The notes below the pieces were generated by a model. It did not search any database. It saw only the letters and a list, made by a program, of their open reading frames with translations, and was not told where the DNA came from. A stretch of DNA of 64,000 nucleotides from Raillietiella orientalis (taxonomy: Eukaryota), in the NCBI GenBank assembly GCA_036172245.1, contig JAYWIR010000014.1, positions 1,302,001 to 1,366,000 of the forward strand, in the 5' to 3' direction. Position numbers and translations under genes: made by a program. Every line of letters begins with the position of its first letter. The first letter of the stretch is position 1. Shown here piece after piece: positions 13,200 through 27,499 of this stretch.

Positions 13200-14000
13200 C
13201 TCAGCTCTCTGCCGCGTACCAGGAAGCTCGCAGACGACTCGTCGAGCAGTGGCGGACGCCGCGCGGCAACGAGGGAGGAGGCCCCGCGGGAAGGAAGGAA
13301 AGTCCGCGCGCCGCGCGCGACCTGCAGCAGGCGGCGGAGGATCGCCAAGTGCTGCGAGAGGACGCATCGCGGGCTCGGGAGGGGGTTGCAACTGCTTCCT
13401 CTAGGGCAGGGCTCTCCAGGAGGAATTCCTGCGGAGGACGGAGGGAGGATGATTACGGGGAACCGAGAAGATCCACGTCTGGAGATGACCGATCTTCCTC
13501 CTGGGCGAGCTGCGTTGCCGGCGCTTTCCAGGACAACTATAGCCGCGGCCTGCTTTTTAGGAGCGGACAGAAACGCTCCCGAAATTTCCTCCGGTCTTCC
13601 TGCACTCCTCTGGTGAGTCGGGAGCTTCCCACGAAACGAGGGACGTCACCACGACCCGGCGAGGAGTGTGACCACTGCGAACCAAAGGCAACCCTGACGT
13701 GCCCCTTCCCTCGGTCTAACCACAGCTCTAACTCGGGGTCCACAGAGATGGATCCAGCTGCTCGTCATTCTCCGTAGAAACTTCGAGATCTTCCCGGCCG
13801 TCCTGAGAGGCTCCTCCGTCCTTCCTCCGCGTTACCGAAAGGTCGTCATCTTGATGAAGCAACGGACAGTACTTCGGGACGAGAAACATCGGCGTGCATC
13901 CACCGTGGGGCAGTGGGAGCTAAGACGCGCAGGCTCCTCGAACGAGAAAGGCCGAGTCAGGGGTGGGAACCCATCAGAGAGGCACTTCGATGATCGGATG
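13200..14000 (+). mobile_element. L1/Tx1-like ORF2 C-terminal remnant
   Basis: RELPTKRGTSPRPGEECDHCEPKATLT (zf-RVT-like LPT...CxxC...T), followed by GQWELRRA, which resembles the terminal IWxxRN motif. Confidence 0.45.
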
Positions 14001-14029
14001 CTGCCCGGCAGACCTGCCTCAAGGAGAGT

Positions 14030-15400
14030 TCACCTCTCCGGTCTCGCCCATCTCCCCCTCGCTCGCAGTTGCCTGCCACGTGAGCGCCAAGACGGAGGAA
14101 GAGTGGCAACCCGGGAAGTCGCTTGCGATCGGTGTCGCCCGCAAGCGGAGGGCGATGAAAGGGAGGAACCCGGGATAGCAGGGGAACTGCTCGGCGATTG
14201 CGGGCACCGGTGAACGCACCCCTCTCCCCGTACCCCTTCCCTTCCCAACGCATGCCCTCGGGAATCGTGTTCAGCAGCCTGAGGCTGGTCCATCCTGTTG
14301 CTTATTCATCGATCGACTCCCTCTCCCGCCTACAGATTCTGCTTACTCCCATCCCCGTCAAGGATAGTCTCTTTGGTTTCGGGTCTGCACAAGTCGGTTG
14401 AATTTCGTATGAATTTCTATTTATTTGTTTTAGATGATTGGTCCGACGATCCGGAAGGGAATTCCCTTGGACACCACCGCCGAACTGAACGTTCCTGTGC
14501 AAGCGGGATCGAAGGCGCTTGATTTTCCCTAGCCCCTCGTGGGGTCCCCAAGAGAAGGGACTGGAAAGGAGGAGGGAGGCGCAGTCACGGCTCAGCCTGG
14601 ACTTCACGAAAGTTCGCTCTGAGCCGAGGCGCAAACGCACTCCCGGAAACGGTTCGCTCGGCTCAGTGCTTCGGAAAACGATCGCTGAGAGGCGCGCAGA
14701 AGCAGCCCGGCGAAGCGACAGAAACGGTTGGCACGCCTCCGACCGGCGCTCTCTGCGGTGGTCGGCAGTCTCTGGAGTCCTCTTGCTTTTTCCTAGTGAT
14801 TCGAACAGAGGAGAGGCGGGAAGAAAAACTCACTGAGAGGACGGCAATTCCGAAAAGAATGGAACGAGAAGCTGCTTTCCTCAACCTTCCCCTCAGCTCG
14901 AAATCCTTCGGAGTCTCTGCGAAGACAACCTTCTCCTGCTAACGAAAGATCCGAAATCCTTTAGGGCCAGAATATGGCTGCAGGACGCAGAGAGAAGTAT
15001 CCTAACGGGACCCTCAAGAAAACACCGGTGCTTGGACTCTCAGCAGCTGGCAAAGAGGACTGCGAATTTAAAAACTCGGGAGCATCCCTTCCAAATGAAT
15101 CCCTTCCCGGTTGAGAAAGGCATGCTCCCATCCGTCTGAAGGAGCATGGTTGATGGTTTCTTCTTCAGCTGGAGGCTTTCTGACCCAAATAATGCGGAAC
15201 ACCTTGAGAGGAAGGGAGGATGTCGGACGTCGATGCTTGAGAAAGGGTAGGGAGGCGGAATAACCGTGGTATGCTCCTCGTGATGCCATCCAAAGAACTC
15301 TTCGCAAATCTGAGCCCAACACTCCACGAGACCTTCGTTTACTCATCCAAGAAGCCGCCCTCTTTTTCTAGAAATAGAGATGACCAAGGACATCAACTCT
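14030..15400 (-). mobile_element. L1/Tx1-like RT remnant
   Basis: Degenerate motifs in the expected order: APSDG (KSPGPDG-like), RLGSERTFVKSRLSRDCASLLL (RQGCPLSPLL-like), and SWRSRGRQLRARGR (W..R.LSLRGR-like). Confidence 0.45.
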
Positions 15401-15779
15401 TCCTAGAGAAGTTCCACCTCTCTTCTTTCTTTCTCTTGTAGACATGCTTTCTTTTTTGGCGGACTTGCATTTCTAAAGCTGTCAGGCCAGAAGCCTTCTT
15501 GTTGTCTTGCAAGAACGCAGCACTTTTCTTGTTCCATCTCCTCGGTCAGATTATCCCCGGCAGTCGATTTCTCTTTCTGGTATCACAATTACCTCTCCAT
15601 TCCTTTGAGAGCTATCCTGGTCAGGGAAGAGAGCTCCCTACTGACTGACGGTCCTCAATACGATAGTCGGTACCATGGCCCATGGTCCTCCAGGATTCCA
15701 GAGGTGTCTCTAGGGGATTCGCGGGTGTAAATGGGAGAATCCTAGAGAACCCTTAATCACTCGGTTACGCCAGAACATT

Positions 15780-16620
15780 CATTACAAAAAAAAATAACAA
15801 ACACACAAATGTTGGTGGTAGGTCTCTCAGCACCACCACGTTCAATGAACACCTAACCTTCCGAGATACCTCTGAGCAGACCTCTGAGATCCGTCTCGGA
15901 AACAAAGAAGGGAGGTGGCAATAAACAAAAGAAAAAATGAAAAATAAGCAAATGAACACACAAAAACTTTTCGGGCCATTCCTCAGTGTTCGTAGCGGGA
16001 GTTCTCTCCAACCTTTCAAGGACGTCGGCAAGTTCCAATCGAATATTTTCCATCTCGTCGCGATTCTCAAGAAAAGTTTCGCCCAGTGGATGACGTCTCT
16101 ACCGTGCTGATCTCTTCTTGCAGCGCCCCAAGCAGCAACCCCATGGAAGCAGCGAATATCTGCTAAGGATGCGGCTGGCAGCAGTGTATCACTCACGAAG
16201 AGGCGTTTCATAACGTCCTTAGGGTTGCCCACCAAGATCCGGAGGGTTGTGGCAACGCGATCCCAAAGGGGCCGGAAAGCACCACAGTCTACAAGCAGGT
16301 GCGGGAAGATTTGGTTTTCCTTGCACCTGTCCCAGTTGGGATCCCCACTCTTCTTGATCCATTGGTGTAGGCGTGCGTTGCATGGGAGACCCCAATGCAG
16401 AATTATCAAAAGTGTCGACTCCTACCATTTTAAGGGGAGGACGGAGATGCCCGCGAGCATGCAGGCAATTGAGAGCAACTCGTTGGGGATGCCCAGATGC
16501 CTTACCCAGAAGAAAGAGATGAGTGAGGAGGGAGGAGAGAAGGAGGGAGGAACTTTTCAACAATGGCTCAGTGCAGACTCGTCCGTCAAGGATCCTCACC
16601 ATAACAACTACTGCTTCCTC
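15780..16620 (-). mobile_element. L1/Tx1-like 3' end (zf-RVT and T-rich 3'UTR)
   Basis: IILHWGLPCNARLHQWIKKSGDPNWDRCKENQIFPHLLVDCGAFRPLWDRV is a clear zf-RVT signature. It is followed by minus-strand T-rich tracts. Confidence 0.8.
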
Positions 16621-16849
16621 ATCTGCTCATCACTCCGGCCGAGAGAAGGACTCAGTCCTCGGAATTCCGCTTCTCTGGGTCGTTCTGTTGCTGAGTCCAG
16701 AGTTTCGACTTTCATGCCCCCCTTCACCCTCCTTCCCCTCCTGTTTGCTGCATGGGCTGCAGGCCGCAACCACGATGGTAGCAGCGCAGAGATATACTAG
16801 GTCTCATCTTGGTGAGTCCCGGAAAAAGGAAAGTTGGGAAATTCACGAG

Positions 16850-18020
16850 AAGGACGAAGGGAGGGAAACTCTTTTGCCCCTACCTCTTTCTCTTTTCAGA
16901 GCCTTCGCCCCGTCGGCCATGGTTTCATCCTCCCACTGTGAATATCCTCAGCCAAGAATCTGGTCGCTTGCTGGCCAACTCGTGCCACGATCTCCTCTTG
17001 CTGTAATCTCACCGAAAGTCCTCGAGCTGAAGAAGTCTCTGGAGCGCTCCGGGCTCAAAACGGGAAGGCACCTGACAACAGGGGGAAGGTGGATCAGAAA
17101 ACCTGAAGAAATAGCACGAGGAGAAAGTCCCAGGAGCGTCCCTTCCGGCAAGTTGCTACGGAAAGGAGCTGCGCCGAAAGAGCTCTTCGCGTTTGCTGTG
17201 AAGCAAGACGTGATGGGAAAAGGAGAAAAAGGTCCTCCGCTGTCACGGAAAGAACCGATTCTTCCAATTTCACCGCCGTTGATGAATCTCACCTGCCACA
17301 GGCTCGCACCCGTCGGAGCATTCCTAGAAATCTTCAGAGAACTTGAGGAGGGCTGTCGTGTGACATAGACTTTGTATAGAACAGGTGGAGAGACATCCCC
17401 TGGTCAGACTCGGTCCGTTGGGTCGGGTTATCAAAATGCTCCTGTTTCTTCTAGGGGAAGAGGCACCCCTCAAATGGATACGTCCTGAAGTCACAGCTGT
17501 GGAATTCCAAGGGAGTCTCCAAGAAGGAGGACCACGGAATAACAGTGGTCCTGAGGTTCTCTGAGCACTCCCCAGAAATCCTTAGGGCTCTCCAGAAAAG
17601 AGTCTTCTTGCTCTGAGAAGGGGAAATGACAGTCCCCCTTCCTCATTGCTTCCTCCAGAGAGACGCTGTTGCCGCGCTGTCTTCCCGTCTTCTGCCACAC
17701 TCCCAGTGGCGCGAAAATGCCGTCCCTAGACGAGTACGATCTCCTGGCAGGCAAATTTCTCCAGAGGTTTCGAAAATCAGTCCGTGAAGCCAGCAGTTCT
17801 GATTCCACGGTTGTCAAGGCATCCTCTTTCGCGAAACGGGGTTTTTCGACCCCCCTTTTCTCTCCCCCCCTTCTCAAGCGGATCCGTGCCGGTGATCGAC
17901 GGAGGGAGCTCTGGAATTTCCTTGCAACGGAAGATGATGCCGCAGGAAGGCAGCTGCGGAGAAAGCGAGTCGATCGAAAAGGCGAATTCAGGATGTGGAC
18001 TTCATCTGCGTCGCGATAAA
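16850..18020 (+). mobile_element. L1/Tx1-like post-RT to 3' remnant
   Basis: GLKTGRHLTTGGRWIRKPEEIA (Tx1-like GxxxVGDL...W...EE), then LWNSKGVSKKE...EGEMTVPLPHCF (decayed zf-RVT). Confidence 0.5.
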
Positions 18021-21000
18021 AACATCCTGTGAGCCGAACAGGAAGTGGATTAACATTCAATCCAGGTTTTCCGTTAGTCCTCCGGCGTGTCGTTGGAAAC
18101 GAGAGCGAAAAAGTTTTTCCCTGGCGACGACGGTTGACTTTCCGGTGCTTTTCGAACCTCTCGCTTGAATTTCATTGGCGCATTTTTTCAGCCATGGTAA
18201 CTGGCCGCAACCTCAACACCTAACTACAGCAGGCCGCTCAGGAAGCAGCTTCCGATTACATAGCTGATTTGATCTTGGGCAACAAGTCGGAGCAAATTCT
18301 TCATTAGCGCGGAGGTTTCTTTCTACTCCAGCTTGCTCATGAACCCAGCCTCTCGCGGGTCCCAGAGCTAACGAAGCACCTCTGAGCTGACGTCGGAATC
18401 TGTGGCCGCGCTCGCCAAGAGCCACCATCTCGTAATGAATCAGCTGGTTTGTATTTGGAAGCATCGACTCTTGCGTCGCGTAACTTAAAGGTCTTCCTTT
18501 TTCTCCCTCTCAGCCACCACGATCGCTTCGTGACACTGAGCTGACGTCGGCCAGCCTACAGTAACATCGATCTCAAGAGGTCAGGGATGCTCTGAAATGG
18601 CACGAGGCGGGATCGTTCTGCCTTGAGTCGGTAGAAGCACTTAACAAAACTTCTTTTTTTCTTTTGGCCGGAATAAAGAAGAAATACTCATGCTATTCAC
18701 TCCAGACCGAATCCAACCATTTCTTTATCACATGGCGCTCAGCATCTCTGCTTCATCGTTCCTAATTCCCTTTCTTCGGCTAGAGCCACGGTGCTCTAAA
18801 CTTAAATCTAAGATGCTTGGAAGATTCCAGCTTGCGACTTGCAGGTGCAATGGGCTCTGGAAGCAGTCACTCTGAGAGACCGGCGATCATTGGAGGAAGA
18901 GCAAGAAATTCAGGAACCTCAAGTCCAACGCGAGCGTCTTCAGAACTGTTTACTTCAAATCAGCAACCACCATCACATGATCCCTCTTCTTGATCTCCCT
19001 TTTCACTGGCTGTGCCGGTGGTGGTACGTCATCCAGCATGCTGCAAAGGATTACCAAAGATTTCTCGAGAGAAAAGGAAGAACCTTAACGAGCCGGGAAG
19101 CCTGCCGAGATCTGTCTGCAGGTGAAGATTAGGAATAGCACATTATTTTTTCAGTGGATTACGAGCAAGAAATGAACCAAAATCTGCCATGAGGATTTAT
19201 TTGAGAATGTTTCCACATGAATCTCCATTGGCAGATTGAGCCTTCCACAGACTAATGACCTAGGTCAACTAGACAGGACCTGATGAGTTTGCTCCTCATT
19301 GTTTTCCGAGCAAATCTAGCTAAGTATCGAGAGACGACGTGGATTCGAAGTGTGGCATCCCTGCATAACTGAGAAAGAAAATTTCCTCATCCCAAAACGT
19401 GCTCATCTATGTAATTTGAACTTTTCCTGGTCCTTCCAGACGCCTTCGGGGAGAGCAGAGTTCTTTTCCAGAGCTTTGACACAGGATTTTCCTGTGCTAT
19501 GAACCGACCCACGTCACTCGACTGTCATTTCGGTGCTGTCTATGGTGAATGATAAGCAGCAGCATCCAACGCATTTTGTTTTCAAAGATCGCTTGACATT
19601 CTTTTCCATCCTGTTCTGAAATAGCACCGAGTGCATTCTGCATCTTCACTGTTCTACGGGAGATCCCTGTAGAACTGACACCCAGAAAACCTGTTCATGG
19701 ATGATGCTGTGTCATTGGATGTGGATCGTTAACGTCTACCCACATGAACTCTGGTCTTTTCATTTGGAAATCTTGAAGCTTCCTTCTCAAATTCATATTG
19801 TCACACAGTACATCTTACCTTAACTTAAATAAGGTACCTGTTCTTTTTTGCTTTTTCTGTTAAAGTGGACCACGCTTTTCCACATTTGATGCGTCGTCCT
19901 TTGAACAAATTTTCCATTGCTCGTTGTTGATTTCCATGAACTGCTTTGGAAGCGATCATAAATTATGCCAATCACTACCTATAAACCTTCTTCTCGCCGC
20001 TCTCCGTGGCTTATAACAACTTTCTCAGATCACTGTAAAAACTTTGTAACAACCCCGTCATATAAATGACCTGTTATTTCTAGGAAAGGAAAACCAGAGA
20101 ACAACAAATAAATGCAAGAGCAGGGTGCTCGTGATGCGAATACTGGTTCGTGCTACGCAGTGAGTGATCTTCCATTAGGATTTCCTTGCCTCCCTTGTTT
20201 CCCTACTGATTTAATGTCTTCAGCTACATCCAGCTTTTTTGGTGTTAACAGCCAGAAAGCGTTTCTTCCTATCACTTTTACAAACCTCTGACGATCACAG
20301 GAAGCGTCAGAAGGCTATTTTCCGCCGATGTGAATGCCCAAGTTCAAACTTTCCCGTCCTTACCGATGTGGTCACAAATGAAGAAGATCCAGCTAAGAAA
20401 TCGAGCACATGACTACTTCGAATCCTTGAACGGTTTTGAACAAACCGTGCTGAATTCCAGGGCGGTTCAATTCTGGTCAAAACCCTGAACTGCTAAATTC
20501 CTGTTGCTTCTTTCCTCATACCTTTCACTACGATGGCCAGGCTAATTGTCAGAGAGAAATTTTGGTCCAGAAGAATGGCATCGAACACTGTGATTGCAGC
20601 CTCACGTCGGGTACTTAAATATTTCATCCTTTGGTTCTTAAATGTCTTATTTTTCATGTTATCTTATTTACTTCCTGAATGTAAAGTGGAAAGTCTTTCC
20701 GGCACGCCCAAACCCTTCTCAACGCCAATGAATTAGATTCCTGGTAGCCGATAATAGAAATGATATTGATCTGATAATAGAATGATGGAAATGATACTGC
20801 CATGATATTGCAATGAGTAAGAGAGCAACACTAAAAAAATATTGCAGTGAAAGATGAGATGGATGAAGATTGCAAAATCCAAATGAAAGCAGAAGTCTGG
20901 AAGAAGTCTTTGCTTTCAAGAATATTGCACCTGCTCCAAAATATGAAGGCATCATTACATCAGTGCTATCAATGATTAAATGAAGCAGAAGGGAAATGTG

Positions 21001-24000
21001 ATCGTTGGTCCCGATCGTGATAGCATGAAGAAGCCACCCAAATTCATATCTTATTCTGCATTTGCAAGAAAACTTTGCTACCATACCGTATAGCTCTCGA
21101 AAAAATTGAACCTGCTTTTAATGATAAACTGAGCAAGGAGTAACAAGCAGCAGCAGGTGTGGCTTTTGATGGATTCCAAGCTAATCCTGAGTACACCATC
21201 CCTGAATTGTGTGTGGTCAAAAAGATCCGTTTACAATTTCCAATCTAAGCTGAAGTATTCTTGAACCATTCTTTTCGTCTTAAGAACCTCTTCACATGGA
21301 GGAAAAGTTTTTCAACTAACTGACAAAAGATTTCATTGTATCTCAAATGATGAGACAATTCGTATTTTACGGGATATCTGTTCCATGCATCACTGCAAAT
21401 AAATCCTCACAGACAGATTGCACGTTAGAAAACTAAGTGGGGACATGGCACTTTAAAGAGATTATCTCGGAACTATTTCCAAAGATAGCTGAGATGGTGT
21501 ACCTTAATTTTCGAACATCTTCCGAAAAGATCATGCATATTGGAATTGGAATGACTACATATACTACCGGAAAATGGCAAGTCTTATCTAGAAATCCGGG
21601 GTATTTTCTTGATTTTGCAATCTATTTAGAGACTCACGTGTGCCGATATAAGGTGATTTTATAATCGACTTTGAATAGTAAGTTCAGTCTTGCGGATCAA
21701 CACAAGACGGTGAGGAATCACATATGTGACAAATCAATCAGAAACCATTTCAGTGCTCTGTTAAAAATAGGTTGCAGCACTAGGAAGTTCAATTTGAAGC
21801 AAGGAAAGTTCAATTTTTCGTTAAAAGCCCTATAATGATCAATACGGGGGTGCTTGAGACATGAAACAAGTTTTGCCAGAATACAGCTGCATGGTTCAAC
21901 ACAGCTGCTCAGTTCAAGAGAAAATCCTCCTTACTTTCAAAATCGAATTTACCTCAGCCTCCGGATTGTTTGCAAATAGTGCAGTGCATCTGTCTTTTCC
22001 TATATTACTAATACTAACTGCATCACTAGCTTGACACATCTAATCAAGATGCAGCTCTCCTCATTCATTAATCTCTTTGCAACTTATGGAGCATTGCTGT
22101 AAAAGCTTCTTGTTTGGATCCTTTGCAACTCTGGAATTCTTAGATAAGTGACATAGGATTGAGTGCTTCTCTCTGAAGAGGAGAAATGAAAAGAAATGGA
22201 AAAAACGAGATGTCTGGAATGAATGAAATGCATAGAATTGGAAGACTGAAATTCTGAAAAACCAAAAAAAAAGAAAGCAGCAATGAAAGCACGGGAAGAC
22301 CATAAGCTCCCATCCCTCTTGGTACTCCCTAACAGGCAAAAATTCCGTCGGTTAAGTACCGAATAAGATATAATAAGACTGAGAAAACTCTGCAGATTAG
22401 AAATTATTTAATAGAAATTTCAAGCAGAATGAAGAAAAGAACGATGTTTGAGAAATTGAAAAGATGGAATTAGTTCAGACGGGAAACATTTCCTTCCTGT
22501 TCTTGAAAATGTACAGAAACTCCAGTTTCTGATCAGTTTCTGATCATCACTTGCTGCGAACTAGCTAGCTCCTCCCATTGTGAAGAAGGCATAAAGTCTG
22601 CCTACTAGACACGTCTTCGGAGAACAGGCTGTAGCAGCGAGGAATCCACAAGGTGAAGGAGGTCTCTAAGCACACTGACCTGTCATAAAAGAAGTAATAA
22701 CAGATGCACCCATCATTCCATGCAGCTGTACGGTGGAAACCAAACCAGAAATGCTGTGTCGCCTCTGCGACTGAAAATTAGCATCTTCAAATGCGAAGCA
22801 GACTTGCCATGAAAGAATGCACTTGAGGATCATGCTGGTCTGACTTCATTCAGTCTAGCCACAGTGAAGCTGGACTGCGAGGAGAATAAATTTGATATCT
22901 GACTAGTAAACGAATCCTACTGCTGTATAAGGAGATGCGAATACGGAACGAATGCTCTAAAGAATGACTCTCCGTTATTTTCGGGGGCCAGTCAAGTCAA
23001 AATGACCGTTCTACCCGGATCCTCACCACAATTCATTAATTTCTAAACCAGATACTCTGTTGATTTCATCGGATTTTTTTTTTTTTTCTGGTGCATCCAG
23101 AGTTGAGAGCCTCCTGCTGTCGCTTTCCGCTCTACGAATCTACTTTGATATCTTGCTTGAGCACGAAACAATAAAAATGTGATGCAAAAGTTGTGGCTTT
23201 ATCTTTTTGACTTTCAAATGATTCTGCAAAAAGGATCGTTCTTCCGTGTCTTCATCTCACGAAGTCACGGACTCTGGGGAATGGTGACTGAGACTCCTGG
23301 ACAGCAACCTGCAGCGTTCTGCTTTTGAAAGACACGAAAATGCCCTTCTCCTGAGACCCTGACTCATTCAGCTCTGCCAGATTCGGAAAGAATGAGAACT
23401 GGAATGAGTCTCACAAATTCAACCTCCCGGATGAGTTGTCATTCTCCTATCTTCTCATTCTCCTGAGGCTCCGGAAAGAATCAGAAATCCTCAACACTCA
23501 TCTCAAAGTTCCAGGAGGGATCTTCCCAATCTTTTGGGATTGGATTGATTTTCTGTTTCCCCTCGTGATTCTGACTTTATTTCTTACGGATAGCATAGTT
23601 AAATTCCTCATTGAATGTCTTCTGAGACCACAGATCCAAAACACTTGAAGTGAAGGAAGAAGTAAAAGAAACTGACTCTTTTGACAAAACGTTTGCTAAA
23701 ATTCTTTTCGGAATCCTAAATCAACTTCATGAATATTGAATTCTTGAGCTTTCTCATTATCAGTATTGAATCCTGTTATTGCACTTCCCAGGCAAACCAG
23801 GGTCTCCACAGTGGGACTTTTGTCACATGTTACATTATATTCCGATATATTCAGTATATACAATGGCTTTTCTATAAAACAAAAGCGAAAGATACTTCCA
23901 CTTGCTTTCCTTCGTTGCTTCCTTTGTACATCCATGCAGACGTGCTACTTGGCAGCAAATCAAACATTATATAAATAAAAGCTGTTGCCCCTGTAATCTG

Positions 24001-26499
24001 CATTGATCCAGTACCATAAACAAGTCTCAAGGAAAGCCATGCGAAGTTCTGATGGCGGCATTTTTGCTTGTTTTTAGTGATACTTAAGAATAAACGAGTT
24101 TGACAGGGTTTTTTCTCTGTTTTTCTCATGAACAAGGAATGGAACCTATAAACTTGCGAATGATTTGTAAAGAACGCAAGGACGAGCTGCTCTTTCTGAG
24201 TATATGAAAAATAAGGAAATGGAGAAGTTATACTGCCGAAAGGTGATGTCCTGTGCTTCCAAGCATCAGACTAGAATGGACTTAAATAGAGAAGTGATAG
24301 TTGCTACTTAAAAAAGTTCAAAGTGTGCTTGAAGGAGCACAATCAGCGCTGAAGAAAATTCTTTTTTCTTCAGGGAAAGCCAAATCATTAACAGAGTGAT
24401 TAGTTTATTTAGTCTCCAAGCTCTCACAGAATGGGTTTCGGGAACTGCAATTTCTAAAAATGCCATCGTTGTTCTTGCAAAATGAGGTTCCGTGACCTTT
24501 CGAAACCATTCAATGGAACAGTTCAATGCTTTGATGGGAATCCAGAGAAAGACAAATAGAGTTCATTGTTTAATTTCTTCTGGAAAAGCTCCTGATGGGG
24601 TATTGCTAGGGCAAACAAAACATCAAATATGAAGAATGTACCGATTTCTAGTAGAGAATTAGGTTTCCTCCTAGCAAAGTCCCAGAAACAACTTTCTTTC
24701 GAAAAATTACATGGTAACGACATGCACGCTCATACGTTATCTGTCTTCAAACTCCAATCTCGCTGAGCAAATACGTACTTGCTTATAGAGTAGGACGAGC
24801 CAATCAACGCTCTCAATGCAATGATCAAAGTTTGCGGAAAAACAGGAATCGATTTTCAAATTGAATTCCGAAAGAAAATACAAAAGTCATTTCTCGGTGA
24901 CCTCTGGAGATGAGTTAACGCTAACAGGCGTCATTCCTCAACGGGAACACCAGTTTGCTTCTACTGAGTTTTCTCATCCAGAGCTGCATCCGCAACGTGT
25001 ATGGTCCAAATTAAAGAAGACATTTCGTCCGTGTTTTCCATGTCAGTGTACTGCAAACAGCTTTCCATAAATCTGGAGATCTAATCTAACAAGTCCACCG
25101 GCACCTCTCAGCATCCTCTTAGTTTCGAATCAGCGCTTTCGACGCACTTTAGTTCTGGAAAGACATTAATTTATTTCAATCGAAATACGGCGGTTCGTGC
25201 TGCGACTTGCATTTGGCCCTGTCAACAAGCGAATTCATAAATCTTGGTGCAAGAAGCAGAGAATAATATGACAAGTGACATCCTTTTAAAAAAAAAATTG
25301 CCCGATGGATTACCAGACTGACCCGATCGTGAGCTTAGAAAAATTGGGGAGATCCAGCGCCGAAAACGTAACAGTCCCTTGATGAAGAATATATCCAGTT
25401 ACCCCAGAAGGAAAATTAGTCAAGGAAATCCATTATATGATCACACGAAGAGAGCATTTGTGGAATGCAGTCAAGGACCCGATCAAACCGGCAACCAAAT
25501 CAAAAGTGTCAGTTTCGGATATTCTTTTTGATTTGGCTAGTGAGAATTTTCAAACACCTTGTGGGCAGATTTCCAGCAGCACTCTTGAAGTGATGTTTTT
25601 CCAGAGCCAAATGAAGATGGTAAGCCGAAAAGCAAAACTGCTACTTTATACACACTTCCAAAGCTCATTGGGACGGAAAACACAAACTTGGAGGAACCAA
25701 TCGTCTGAGTCGTATTAAAAGGAAATAGCTCAAAGCTGGAACCGATGGAAGAAAATGCAGCTACCTAAAAATGCAGAAGAAAAGCAGTGGAAAACAGATC
25801 CATATGAGAAGCTTGACGAGAAAATTGACTTCTAGACGGATTTTTTTTGGCTTACTCCCATCCAAGAACGAGAAGCAATTCTTGAACTCAAATCTCGATG
25901 GTACAATGCATTGCTTATACTCGAGTTTAAATGCCTAATGAATCGGAAAACCTCCGTCAGCACGATCATCAATATCCTAAGCTTTTATGACTTTTTATAT
26001 GAAGACAAAATGCACACAAGTAAAGAATTCACTCCTAGATGTCCAAAAAGCAGGATAGATCTATCATTCAAGCTCTGATGATAATCCAGAACAGAGTGAC
26101 GTCTAATCTTATTCTATATAATTTAATTAAGATTTCTTCTGCTAAGATTTCACCTTATTAAAACAATGAAGGGCAAACTGAGTGCATCCATATTACGTAC
26201 ATAAGGTTCTTAGCGTATCTTAGGACAAAACCAGTAGAAAATGCCATCAATTCATCCAGAAAATCAATTCGAGCTTTATGCAAGGAGTGAAGATCCAGAC
26301 AGCGTTTGCACCACCATAGTGCTTAAGTCGTCTTAGGTGTTTAGCACAAATTTCATTTTAACTCTGATGGTGAGCGGCATAAAAAATTATAGGAGTGAAC
26401 GACAGAATCGATCTAGTTGTTTCGGAACGCAATCTTCTAATGTAAGAGGAAGCTGCTTTACTCTCAAATTGAATGATTAGCTACGCTTGAAAGGAGACA

Positions 26500-26900
26500 A
26501 CCAGCAAGAAATCATCATGAAAGCATGTAGAGCTCTTGAATGGTAAGACTGTGTACGAGATCTCTGACACGTAAATATCAACAGATATGCGCATCGATGA
26601 TTTTGGGATTTGTAGCCGCAATTTCGGGGAAAACCGCAAAAATAGAAAAGCTCTTCAGGAAACTGGCTTTGTTTTTTTGTGCGAAGATACGACCTCACTG
26701 AAACTGGAATGCATGATGAAGGCAAGATGCAGATTCGAACTTGGAAGCTCTGAGATGAAACAATGCTCTGTTCCCTCTAGGATACCATGTTTGTATTACT
26801 TGAGATCAGAAATGCACCGCATCGATATGTGAAACTCCGAAACGGAAGGAATTCTTGGACCGATCTTTGATAAATTCAAAGGAAGAGAACCCGATTTACA
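26500..26900 (+). mobile_element. LINE RT remnant (RTE/CR1-like)
   Basis: RIDDFGICSRNFGENRKNRKALQETGFV resembles YADD...ELQ..L...GL. Confidence 0.4.
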
Positions 26901-27499
26901 ATTGGCTGGCAATCTTTAAGAACGTGGAATTGCATTCAGTATTGCAACGTACAGAGGATGCAAAGCTTTGAGAATGACTGAAAGAGTTACGCATGCAAAT
27001 ATAGGGAATCGTCTTCAAAATTAAATCACGGTTGCTTGAGAAACCTCATCTGTAACAACGGTCTGTAATCAACCCTTTTTGCCTCAGACTGGATGGGAAT
27101 GTCTACCGGCAGTAATGAAGTCAAAGCAGTGGACAAGGAACTGAGTCTTTTAAGAATGGACCCTGGAAAGCCCTAGTTCCCAGAGACTGCCCTGTATGTT
27201 TCATTCTGTCAAAAATCAGCAGTTCGTTTTGCAGCTGACTGATTAAGTGACCAATCATTGAGCTCTTACTCCTCGAAGACAGACAATTTCAGTTCTGGAA
27301 CGAGGACAAAATACTTAGAAGCCAACCTCTGAAGGTGACATTCTAGCAGCCTTCTACAAATTCCTATGATTTTGCTTCATGAAGTGAGGGATTTTTTCCC
27401 TTCTTGTTTCTTGTGGGAAGATCAGCGTTCAAATTCTTCAAGAAAGACTCTTTGTAAGATCGGAAGATCCGTCTGCAAAGCACAATGAGTATCTTGAAG

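Larger units (their letters stand above)
11450..13200. promoter_or_regulatory. CpG-island-like region with trinucleotide repeats and ETS/NRF1-like motifs; no recognisable protein
   Basis: Visibly dense CpG, including (CG)n runs. Contains ccggaa/cggaag motifs at ~12860-12886 and gcatgcgcgtgcgca at ~13155-13170. All ORFs here are low complexity. Confidence 0.5.

Noticed and set aside
11236..13777. Long Pro/Arg/Leu-rich ORFs (344, 321 and 322 aa)
   Set aside because: They are open in several frames on both strands because of high GC and trinucleotide repeats, and no domain is recognisable.
15780..18020. Twin-priming 5' inversion of a single L1
   Set aside because: Both divergent fragments appear to carry their own zf-RVT/3' region, so they look like two independent insertions.
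23696..24135. piggyBac-like KPxxIxxYN motif (KPLYILNISEYN)
   Set aside because: Spacing is off, there is no GGVD, and I found no TTAA-bounded terminal repeats.
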